A stretch of DNA of 44,554 nt, from positions 1 through 44,554 of the forward strand of contig JYFJ02003250.1 of assembly GCA_000934665.2 (NCBI GenBank), read 5' to 3'. Under the pieces are notes generated by a model that saw only the letters and a list, made by a program, of their open reading frames with translations, was not told the origin of the DNA and ran no database searches. A program made the translations under genes and the position numbers. Positions 24,701 to 36,546 of this stretch are shown here, piece after piece; positions within the stretch are counted from its first letter, which is position 1; the number at the start of each line of letters is the position of its first letter. Source of the DNA: Catajapyx aquilonaris (Eukaryota).

Positions 24701-25722
24701 TCAATTGTGTTACTTTTCCGGTACCTACAAGCGATGATGTAAAATGTTACTTATTATCGTGTCATGGTCGTTGCATGGATTGAAGGCAGGGCAAATTGAT
24801 GCGCAAAATAGACAGACATGAAGCAATCCAAGGAGGCATAGTCTACTCACTTATTTGGCACAGAGGCTGCATGTATCCATCCTGGCAGCCTTGTCTACAC
24901 TCCCCGGTAGAGGCGTCGCAGGCGTTACCACTAACGCATTTGCCGCATATTTTTCGGCAGTTACTTCCGTAATAACCACTGGTGCACGCTAATAAAAATA
25001 AAGTGATGTTATAGTGGCACACGCCGAGATGTGTCTCATAATGACTTGATAACTTTGGTGGTTTAGACACATGAATAATATACCTGTATTCAAAGATATG
25101 AAGTTTAGTGCATCCTATGGATGCATAGCCTTTTGCTTCTCACCTCTTTTGCACGTAGGTAGCCGATACCCATCTTGGCATCCGTATGCACACTCCCCGG
25201 TAGAGGTGTCGCAGGCGTAACCATTAAAGCATCTGCCACATGTATGCTGGCATTTCTTTCCATAATAACCTCCCATGCACTCTAATAAAGGTAAAGTGTG
25301 TGAGTAGCGCGTTCCGAGCAGGAATGGCCCATACCAGGCCTTGCTTGACGGTTAGTAGCCATAATTAATTATAGGAATGCAATGCGTCTTAAAATTTATA
25401 CACATGCACGGATGCGCTGAAGTGGGTAGCCTAGTGGGCTGCATGAAAAAATCCAACCATGGAGTTAATGCCGACGAATGAATGGGTACTCATTCTCACC
25501 TAGGCAACGAGGAGGTTGGTATCCCTCTTGGCAGCCTGAGAAACAGTTCCCAGTTACGTAGTTGCAGTAGGTACCAGGAAAGCATTTGCCACAATCTTTT
25601 TAAGAAATTGGTTCAACAACAATCACCTGGACACATTAGGGTGCATATGGGTTAAGTTGTACACTCTTACCATAGGTAGCTACGACTGGTATAGAGAGCA
25701 GAAAGAGCATTGCCGCCAACAT
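16583..25722 (-). CDS. Receptor-type protein tyrosine phosphatase, paralogue A (signal peptide, 3 laminin/MEGF-type EGF units, 4 FN3 plus membrane-proximal domain, TM, PTP D1, pseudo-PTP D2)
   Basis: Signal peptide [17 protein letters not shown] (ATG 25722); EGF exons 25500-25595, 25144-25281, 24851-24988; FN3 exons about 20800-24725; [23 protein letters not shown] (about 20000-20065). D1 motifs [54 protein letters not shown]2 motifs FINAV, FIATQLP, HFWQMV, LVCYDGASACG. Ends FETYNNFE*. Confidence 0.92.
18682..19022 (+). mobile_element. Possible Helentron-associated (DINE-1/HINE-like) non-autonomous element in an RPTP-A intron
   Basis: Layout of TTATAC start with a short inverted repeat (ACTTTTTC/GAAAAAAGT), then a (TCTG)n microsatellite and a 3' stem-loop TGCGA...TCGCA. 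Architecture resemblance only; boundaries approximate. Confidence 0.3.
18727..18774. repeat. (TCTG)12 microsatellite
   Basis: Directly visible perfect tetranucleotide array. Confidence 0.95.
21170..21241 (+). repeat. (GTT)n tract with a short upstream stem-loop; possible 5'-truncated non-LTR (RTE-like) 3' end
   Basis: ...GCTGACTACCCCTCATAGGGAAATGTCGGGAT followed by about 8 GTT units. The microsatellite is certain; the retroelement origin is inference. Confidence 0.45.
22090..23022. mobile_element. Fold-back non-autonomous DNA element, about 930 bp with about 360-bp inverted arms, in an RPTP-A intron
   Basis: TGCCCTAAGTCATAATTATTTGGCCACCCCCAAAGAAATGGAG... at 22090 is the reverse complement of ...CTCCATTTCTTTGGGGGTGGCCAAATAATTATGACTTAGGGCA ending at 23022. 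Arms align to about 22450/22660 around an AT-rich spacer; no ORF. Confidence 0.88.
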
Positions 25723-27950
25723 GCTTCCTTTGTGTGTGTTGACGCCCAGTATGCACTGAGTGACACTATATGGTATCACTCGTCCTAACAAGAAAAAATA
25801 CTGCAAGAACCAGTGGTGAAGGATAGTGCGCAAGTATTTTAGCTCGCCATAGCTTACGTAATGCAGTGAAAATGTCAAACAAGATTCAACTTCCTAGCAG
25901 AGTGGGGAAAGGTTTACCGGAAGGGGTGTATTATCAGAGTTGGTTATGTGGTGAGATTAACGCAGGGAACAGTAAGCTTTCCTTATATTCTATCAGCCGA
26001 ATGTTTTATATTCAGACATTCTGAGCTGCCTTGAATTATTGCCACATTAAAATTCACAGTGACGCAATTGGTTTGATATTTTGCCTAAATTATTTCAGCT
26101 TCCTGGTTAAAATCAAAACTGTATGTAGCAAGTGTAGACTATATAGCAGGCGTGTAGGCCTATACAGATTTAGCTCTCATATATTGCGGCGTGTTGGCTA
26201 TTGATAATTTGGTACTATTTGCAGGAATTTTTCAGAAGGGGACTCAAGCAAATTACAATCAGTCCACAATGAACACTTTAGGGTCTGATAAAAACCGTGC
26301 AGCTGCCATCAGATATACTAGCTTGGGCCATACAATGGATATTGAAACAATGAGAAGGTTAGGCCAGTACTCGTATTTATGGTGCAAAAATTCGAAATAT
26401 GATAGTAAGATAGATCACGGCAGATTTTTCACATGCTTATTCTAGCATTTGTCAGGTTTTGGAATAACTTAATTGTATTTGCCGTGCTTTGATGATACAG
26501 GGCACATATTTCATTTACACGGTATATTGACCTGTAATGCGTAGCTGAGACTTGTCACAAGTCTCTGCTATTACAGGTCAATATACAATAATGTTAGTTT
26601 CAAAGTTTGAAAAAATTATTATTGTATATGTTAGGCTCGTATCTGACGGGATATTGAGAGCAGAAATATGTATTATTTTGTTCTATACTAAAGCCTCATG
26701 CAGACCTCTAACCAGTTTGTCAAAAATTTATATAAATTTATATAAATAAAAAAATCAATTTTCTTGTAATGCTTATCTGCTGAATAAATTCCAGTGTATC
26801 GAGAGATAAAGAGTAATCTAGGTGAATCAAATAGGCTATAAGACAATAATATTGTCGAGAAGGTGAGTGGATGTAACTACTGTTCTTCCATATAACATTT
26901 ACCATTTCAGACAGTGTTACAATCGACCCCGCCCTCTGTTACAACCTCACCCCTATATTGGGGTCGGTTGTATAACACTCTATCTTGCCTCGGAAAAATA
27001 TTTATAAATCTACTAATTTTTTCATCTTAAGATTTTATCATGTTAATTTTACAAAGAGGAATGTTACCTTATTTTCAGCATGTCCTAGCTAGAAACTTTG
27101 CCTTAATGCATATGTAAATGAAATTAAAAATCAAGACTAAAGTATTACAACCGACCCCGATCTCCCTTATAATACTAGTATGTATATAATTTTTTGCGGC
27201 AAATGATATGAAATATTGGATGTCAAAGGTGATCGAATAATTTCGACTGCAACAAATCCAATGCACCATTACAGGTAACTTTTTTCCAGGCATTGACATT
27301 CCCAGAGGCTAACATCTTGGGTGACACATCTTGAGGCGCATATACGGGCACACATTGGGACACTCAAAATTATTTGCCTGTTTTTACAATGGGAATTTTT
27401 CGGGCTATGACCGATCTCTTTTGTATGAAGGAAGAATTGACGGTATTTTGAAGACATAATTATTTATCTGGGTGCGTCTGGCATATGCGAAAAAAGCACC
27501 TTCATCGTATGATTGAAGTCACTCATTGCAAGGTTGTGGCTAATGGCAATGTAAATAATGTTCACTGACCACTGATACTCGTAGAGTTGTTAACAAAAAT
27601 AAATATTCCAAAAAGGATTTGGAACAGGAGATGAATGTTGCAGGTCTTTAAAAAATAGCCCTACATGTTTTTAATTACTCCGCATTTTATTTATTAATTC
27701 CTTGATACAAAAAGGAAGGAATACATCCAAAAATGGGCAAGAAAGTAAAATACTGTAGCATGTATAATGTTACGCAGCACAATAAGAAGCGGTTGAGATT
27801 CAGTAATGCAGGCAAATATACTATATGAGAACTATCCAGTTCGGTTTGTTACAATCTGTAATGTCTGGTCACACACCAAATTCGATATGCCACTGCACAC
27901 TTGCAAAATAATTGCCACATTTTAAAACATTACATAATATGATTAGTCTA

Positions 27951-30900
27951 TCACTGAAAATTGGCGTAGGTCTCGAAAGCTTCCAGATAGTTCACAGCAC
28001 AGTCGTAGCTATAGTTGTACTGCTCCTGTAGGAAAAGAATCAGTCGCATTTCAAACCACGTAATGTTCACAATACATTAAAGGCAACTGCTGCTGAGACT
28101 ACTCACTTCATTGGGGATAAAATGAGAGTGACTTTGTCGAATACTCTTCGCGGCCAAATAGACATCGACCTGCTGTTCCAACTTCATTTTGTCGAACACA
28201 AAAGACACTCCGGCAAAAAGACCGCATGCTGTGGCCCCATCGCTGCAACAAGTTTATAACGAAACGTTATTCATGTACTGCACTAGATTATGCATTACCA
28301 ATATTTCATAGGAATGCTACTGACTAGCACACAAGAGTGATTGGTCCTCCACTTGCAGGGTGCACTCTCTCCAGGACACAGTACAAACCAAGGAGACTCG
28401 GATTTACAGGCAAGTTTTGCTTCTGAGGCCAGTTCAGAAGGTGAAGCACATTAACCAGGCGAGGCTTTTCATTCGGCTGGAAAAATAAGCAATGAAAGAC
28501 ATGCCCACATTTTAAATTCATAGTTAGTGTTACCCTGTCTTGGTTCCTCATGAGTATCTTCATGTGAACAATATTGTCGTCTGATGACTCCTCCCTGAGT
28601 TCCAGTCTGACATACCCGCGTGTGATGGCTGCTTCGGTGGGCCAGAAGATCGGTGTATCCTATAAGTCACAAGTGTCCAATTAGCAACATTGTCCCTCAC
28701 TATTGACAAGCCGCCTTCACCTGATTGTTTGGATCCGGTTCCTGCAAGACCACAACAGTGTGTGACTTTTGCTCGTAGACCATCTGCCAGAAGTGGCTCT
28801 GAGTATGAGGCAAAGGCAACTGGGTGGCAATGAAGCGGTCCTTGTGCTGGTATCCGTGGACAGTGACAGCGTTGATGAAGTTGGCTGCAGGACCGCTCTC
28901 CATAGAAGAGATGAACACTCGGCTATGGGGTCCAGGGTAGATCTCAGGGACTCGGACCCGTTCGAGCTCCTCCGTTTCTAACCTTTGTTCCAGAGGCAGC
29001 TTCTGCTTCTCCTCTTCCAGCTTCAAGAACTGGTTGTCGATTTGCGTCCGACCTGTGTTCTCAGATATTTCTCTCAAGGCAGGCAGTCGGTGGTTAAGGT
29101 CGTCGCAAGGGATGCACCAGTTCTCTCCGAAGAGTATCTCCACCAGGGCAATGTGCACGAATTTGTATTGCTCCTGCATAACAGCGCAGTTTGATTAACG
29201 AATAAAACCAGTGAGATTTGAACTCACGACTCACGTTATTGTCCACCATGTTCGGTCTTTGTGACCTGATGATTCCCAAGTACTTGAAGCAATCCACGGC
29301 CGCTTCTGCTGCAGCCATTTTAAGCATCGAGTGCAGGAGGACGATGGTGCCAGTGCGACCAACTCCAGCGCTGAAACGAGCATTTTTTTTTAAATTTAAA
29401 AAGGTTGTAATGAATATCACCATTGTTGTCACTGTTGTTACCTGCAATGAACGAGTATTGGTCCTAGTCCTGGAGGAAGCAAGATGAGCCTTTTGGCGAA
29501 GGATGCGACCGTTTGAGGGTACATGGGCACTCCATGATCAGGCCACGAAGTAAAATGTGCGTGGGTAAGCTAAAAAAAAACATCATTTTGATATTTGAGT
29601 GTGCAATAAATTTCAAGAGAAATACTATTTGTGGGCTCAACCTCTCTGTTTTCTCCGTTCTTCTGCACCGTAAAGGTGCGGAATGTGTAGTCAGCCAAAA
29701 GCAGGGTTGTTTTGAAGCAGCTCACGGTCACGTCACCGTATGTTTCGGTTTTGTTTTGATCAGGCCAGTATTTTTCACATTTAGGCTACAAAACATTGTG
29801 AAGGAGAATGATATTAGGCTCATTATTCGATACACTGTTGTACTTTTATACCTTTCCACTTTCAATCAGATTTGTCACCATGACAATGAGGTTCACTTTT
29901 TCTTGCCAAATCATCCTCCAAAAGTCGTTGATGGTGGTAGATTTCGGCCCCTGAGTTGCAATGTAAGCTTTTGGCATATTGTATCCCTGGAAAAATAAAA
30001 CCATTTTATATTTTAAAACTTCGAACACTGGAACACTGATTGATAGGCTTTTATTACATCCAGATAGTTTGCGTTGATATAATCGGAGAAGTTGTTTCCC
30101 GGAAGCGGCTTCAAAACTACACGACTGTGATCATCTGCAGAGAAAAAAATGAACAGGTAATACCTGAAAGTGATTTTCGTACACCACGATACGTACATGC
30201 TACCAAGTTTCCGTATCGGTTCTTCGTTTTATTTTGCGGCAATTTCCCGTACTCCCAAGGTTTGGTTTGGCCCCTCGGGAATATCTAAAAGCAAGCGTTG
30301 TTTTAAGTTCCACAATACACTCCCCCATCAACACAGAATGTCACCTCATGCTGCCTTTGCAATTCTCCAGAGTCAATTCCGTCCTCCACGTACTTCTCCA
30401 GATCAATCAATTTTACTCGATATGAGCACGATTCCAGGGGAGGCATGGCTGCCATATCATTCGTCTCCACTCGATGATCTTGAATCACTTGGGGAAGCTG
30501 CTCATCATCTTCCACAAAGTTGTCTGAATAAATTCGTGTCATTAGATACATATCGCAGACTTTAATCACTGACAACTACATGCATTGTCGTACCTTCTGA
30601 ACGAGTGCGATCTAGGTTGTTGTAGGCGGGAAGAGCGATCTTTTCTCGTGATATTGACCTGGCAGCGTGTTTTTTTCTGCACACGTGAATAATAACATGG
30701 GGATGAATCACACATAATGTCATTGATCTTGGTATAAACTCATCCTATTACCGGTAAAGAAGAACTGATCCAACTGCAATGGTGACTAGCAAAATCATGA
30801 TGACAATTCCTGCGATTAGACCAGAGTCGGGTCCTCCTCCTCCTCTTTCTGATGGCGGTGATGGCGTCGTTGGAGGGGGTTCCTTTCCTAATGGCACGAA

Positions 30901-33900
30901 AGACATTCTGCCTAAGTATGCAGGATGACTCTGGAAATTTCTTCAAGGAGATAGACTAGCCTACTACCGTAGGTGAAATATGTTACAAATACATTCTATC
31001 GGGTTACAATTTTCCATCATTTGAAAGTGTTTTCTTCTGCAGTCCCCCGTTCGATTGTGACGTTCGAAGTGCACAGGTTCAAATAACACGCACTACTGTG
31101 TAAAGATTTTATCAAGCATAAGTACGTATTGTTGAAGATAGTTCGGATTTTGTGACTCCTATGAAGTTATTCAACTGTTATTAATAATCTACATGATTCT
31201 GAGAAAATTATTCTGTCAGTTATCAAATGTATTACTTGGTAATGTTAGGTCATATTGAATCTTCTGTCCAAGGCCTGCAGACATGCAATTAATTTCTGAT
31301 TGGGAATGGCCCGTTGGCACAGTTAGCCTCGAACGTCAGTTATATGGTAGACTACAGGCCTACCCATTTTTGGGTCAACGCAACCTATAATATTAGCAGC
31401 TAACACTTTTGATAACCACTGAAAGTAACAATTAGCACCTTAGTCCAAAAATAGCTAAATGAAGCCGACATTCTAAGTGGAACACCCTCTATATGTTGTA
31501 CGTCATATAAGTGTACCAGAGTAACGCAGGGTCTTTGGTTTTAAAATATTTGTCAATAATTATATAGAGTTATAAACAAATTGGTTTCATTGCATGTACC
31601 AAACCGTATTGCTCTCACCCAAGAAAAAGTCCCCATCTGTAAAACTGCCTGTATGGCGCACCTCTCCAGCAAATTCGCTGATGCAAACCAGACCAAACTT
31701 GTAGTACACTTGTTCCAGCAGAGGCATGTTGGGGTATTGCCCGTGACTTCCTCTCGATTGCTCACCATTTCCCACTTCCACCCTCCGAGCCTCTCCTAGG
31801 TTGTCCTAGACACATGTAAAGAGAAACACTCGGGCATTATTGCGTTATGATGATTACATTGAAATACATGCCATTATTCTGCACTCACCTGGGAAATCTC
31901 CATGGCTACGTAAAAGCCAGGCTCTTTGATGATTTCCTTGAATGTGTCTGCCAGCCTTGAATCGGGAGATAATCCGGAATCATCGCCTTCACGTCCTAAT
32001 TTTGGAATCACGATGACGAAGCATGAGCTGAAGAAAATGGAAGGAAGCTGATTGGAATTAATCTGCCCTGGGTTTGGTTGCAGGTCCATTTGGTTGCAGG
32101 GAGACAAATGGCCAGAAAATGTCTTTAACCTGTTTGCATGCAAATCCAGTGTCACTGGGAACACCGTCAGGTTGACAGAGTTGTTTTGAGCTGACCCATA
32201 GTCGATCTGAAGGGTTTGAGAGATGATTGGTTCTGTGGGTGGGGTGCTGATGTCCCTCGTTATGGGTGTCCCTCTTCCAGCTCCAGTGTTCGCAGATATT
32301 TCTATGCGGTATGTTGTGGAAGATTCCAAACCCACGATCTGAGTGCAAATAAAAATAATGCAACAGGTAATTATTATTAAGAGTAAGTTATATCTTGTTT
32401 TTGCATTATTTTTCCAATAGGCCCTAACTGAAAGTGCCAGCATGAAATAATATTTTAATCCCCAGAAAATTCATGCTCTATACTGAATGTTTTAGAATGA
32501 TTTTGAAAATTATTAGGGTGAATTCTTGGCACCTCAAGATTTCTGGATATAGCGGTGTCTTTTGGTCTTATTGTCTCCTATATCAGGGGCGTATAGCTTT
32601 TGCCGGTTGTCTGACGCATCATTGTCGTTGCACTCACCTCTTCGCGCCAACACAAATTAGATAAATAAGGCCTTATCGCCCGCAGTTGTCGTGTTTGAAT
32701 AGTGTTATATGGTAGAATTAAGGTATAGGACGATGGAATAGGACAGCCACCAGTTATCGGTTTGGGTATACTGCACATTTCATTAGTTTTGTTATTACTT
32801 ATCAGTAAATTATAAACACACTGCTTGCATGGAAGAATCTAAATTCATAAAAATATTACTAGGTGGACGAAATATTGGATCCTCAAACAATGCTGGTGCA
32901 TTGTATCAAATATTTATTAGAATAGTGATGAATAAAATAAGATAAGTCGGAATGCCGCATAGGGGAATACGCTATACGCCCCAATCGTTCTCATTCTCCG
33001 TGTGACTGAGATGTGACGAATATCCCCAGATGCTAATTGAGCCCCTCCTCTCCCCCACCCATAACCATGAGATTGAGTCACCAGATCAATTATTACACTG
33101 GTCCAAATATCAAAAAATGGTGAAAAGTGCCATACCATTTGAGCATGCCATCTAAAAGACACAACTCGTTTAAAGCTCCAGGGAGAGAACATGAGGCTGG
33201 ATAAAGTTACTTAACTTTGTTCCCTTGTCGAAATGGGATGTCATCCAGTAACGTGGTATGCAGAATTGCAATTTGGGTGTTGGTTAAAAAGGTACGACCA
33301 CTACGACGCAATAATTTTTCGCTTCATACCCCTGGCATTGGGGGAAGACGCCGTATGTGGACTGGGGGAAGCAAGATGCCAATATTGGTTATTAACGTAG
33401 GGACAGAATGCACTGTCTTGATGAAGGCAACAAACGGAATAATAAAATTTAAAGAATTAGCTGCAAGAGCTGTTTGAGGATCACGATTTCATAAACTGCC
33501 GAACAAGACCGAAGCAGTGGTGGCGGAGGGGATATGGTATTCGACTGCTAATAGGGAGGTCCTGGGTTCGAATCCCGGTGCCGGCAACTCTAACCGTGGT
33601 TTTCTGTGGTTTCCCACGGTTCCTCCATGAGAATTCCGGAGTTGTTTCCTAAACTAATAAGCCACAGCCGCCTCCTTCCTTTCCTTTCCTATCCCATAAA
33701 GCGCAGTAAAAACGAAACGAAGAGTTCCAGTCAAAAAATATCCCCCCTAAAGAGCCGCCGGCTGATAACGGGGTATGAATTATTAATTATTATTATCATT
33801 ATTAACTGCCGAACAAGGCCTATGCAACATGGCCACAACTGGATTAAGTTATAACTCAACTCATCAAAATTTCTGGCAAAGAAGAAGCAAAAGACGTTCA

Positions 33901-36483
33901 TTCAATCACCTGTGAACTGCCTGACTGCGAAAAAAATAAGAAACCACATCAGAATGCATCTTTCTCCAGTAGTTCCTCTATTGCGGCGTCTTGCCCAATG
34001 GCATGGGGGAAGACGCCGCATTTGCAGAGTGTTCTTAAAAATTGATAAATAACACTTTCCTTTTCCTTTATTTACTTTTTATGGTGTAGGCCTGTAGCTA
34101 AAGTTTCGTAGAAGATATCCCTCTATTGGTGGTATTGAGATTGATTCATTAGATTTGCTTTTGCACCAGCGTAAGTGCTTAACTGCGGCGTCTACTCCCG
34201 ACTTACCTTATCGTATTTTCGTTTTTCGAAGCCAACTGGGCTTACCTCGTAATCGTACGTCCTCTTAGTTTCTGTGGCTGGAATTTCTTCAAAACGAGGC
34301 TCTCCATATCGGCTGACTCTTAGTATCGTGACGATGAATTTGTCCATGATTCCGTTAAGAATGTCCGGGTGTCCCACACTCAGACTCACCAGGTTTGTTG
34401 TTTTAGCGGTGATGTTTAAAGATGAGGGTGGCTCCGGAACTGCGAAGATTTACACCATTACATTTAGAGTTAGTGTCAGGGGGAAATGCATTACATTTTG
34501 TCACTTACTTTCTTCCCTCGTCGTAACGGAAACAGTTTCTGCCATCTGCCCATTATCACTTACGTTAAAATTCCTCGCCGTTATCTGGGAATAGGTAATA
34601 TATAGTTTACTCAAGGTGAAAATGTCACACGCTATGAATAAAACTAACGGTGCATAATAACCTAGCAGTAAATTTTCACCAGTTACTATTCCCGTGCAAA
34701 AAATTCCATGCCAAAACACTGTTTCTCACTCTAAAAATGGAAAGCAGCTAAGATTTTGTCCATCACAGCCAGCTACTCTGCTGTGTAATCTACCAGAACC
34801 GAAGGGAAAATCACTTAGTAAGTCAGTTTTACACGGACACCTAAGTCCGCCATAAATCTGTCCTAAGTCCGTGACATACATTCAGGCACATAGTGATTTC
34901 CCCCTCGACAAGAACCCTTCATTTTGATCGGCACCGTTAAACAGTCCTTCATTGTGTAATGAGACTGCTGTGGTGTGTTTGTCAATGGTGCACGAGTAGA
35001 AGCAAGTGACAACTCACCTGAACTTTATAGTTCACATTGTCCCTCAGTTCCTGGATGGTGGAGCAAATGAGATCATCCCACAAGGCACAAGGTTCAGGCG
35101 GGGTGTACTTCTGGTTATTGCAATAGCTTCCTGCGCAATTATATTGTCTCTGGGCGTTGAGGTCATACCCTTCCAGTTCCCCTTGTGGAGGCCAAGGATG
35201 TGCCCATCGGACAGATATTTGACTCCTGCTCTTGGAGTACACTGTCAGGTTGCGCACTGCTGGTGGGGCTGAAAAGAAGTGGTCGGATGTTGAAGGTAAC
35301 AGTTGGAATTGCTTGCTCATTTTGCATGCAATCATTTTCATCTGACCTGATGGGGGTAGTCTCTTCACCTTGATTTCCAGCTCATTTCCTTCACGCCCTT
35401 CCTTTCCGGCGTTGACTAGAAACACTGTAAGAGTGTAAGTAGTATACGGTATCACATTACTTGCTACCCACTGAATGTCGGTTATGTCTGTGGGCTCCTT
35501 CACTTCATTGATCCAAGGATCTGGGCTCGTCAGTTGCACCCTGTAGTGAATCGGTCCATTCCAGAGGCGACAATCTGGAGCCTTCCACCTGAATGTCAGC
35601 GTCTTCCATCGCGCGGCGTATTGGGGCTCCTTGCTGTCAGGCAGAGGCGCTGATTCGGGCACTAGGTCAAAGGTGATGGGGAATAAGATATATGTTTTTA
35701 TTCATATCCGTCGTCAAATCCTGCTGCCGATGCCAAAGAAGCGAGATCTGAATTGTAGCTTACCCCCTAGTAGAGTGTTGAAATATTTTTCTGTTCCATT
35801 TCCTTCTTCTACAGTGTAGGCTGCAACTACAAATCCGTACAGAGAATAAGGACGCAAATCTGACAGAGTATAACTGGTCTCCTCGGTTGTGGCAGTAGAT
35901 TTGGTCATCTCCTTTGGTGGAACTACTTGTGGGTTGCAGGAGTTACGTGCATAAAGCTAAAAAATTATTATCGAAAGAAATATTGAGAAACATGACAAAG
36001 TAAAATCACCACTCTATTTACGTACAGCCGTACGAGACGTACGGCTGTGTATGAATTTCTCACCCAATAAGTGACAGCGTAGTGTCGAACAAGTCCGTTT
36101 GGCATGTCGGGTGGATCCCAAGACGTTTCAAGAGACACATTGGTTCGCGACGTAGCTCTAAGGTTCTGCACTGGTCCAGGAGCTGAGAAGCAAAGATGCG
36201 TTGTTGTAATGCGATTACAATAATGTTGATGCTCAAAATATTTTAGTAAGGAGCATACCGGCTTCTTTAGTGGTTGCCTTTGTAGGTTCAGATGGACTAG
36301 TGAAGGTGCTGTGATCGACAATTCCTCTGACTCGTATTTCATATTCAGTGAATGGACTCAATCCTACGATCAAAGCTGGAGATTCTGGCGAAGCAACACT
36401 ACCGCTGAATCTCGTCATCACAGATATGGCAGATATATTGTATCCCGATATTCGACAGTCGTCGTCTTCTGGCGCAGAATTCT

Positions 36484-36546
<63 letters not shown>

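Noticed and set aside
26915..27172. Repeated TTACAA(T/C)CGACCCC motifs in the spacer between the RPTP genes
   Set aside because: Looks like one end of a degraded DNA transposon; the partner end was not found, so it was not called.
33508..33585. tRNA gene (A/B boxes, GCT anticodon-like loop)
   Set aside because: It is the head of a SINE with body, tail and TSD; the cloverleaf is degenerate. The same applies to 7939-8015.
33330..34200. GGGGGAAGACGCCG / CGGCGTCTT motifs and a small hairpin at about 33982-34020 around the SINE
   Set aside because: Probably remnants of an older repeat; no termini or TSD could be defined.
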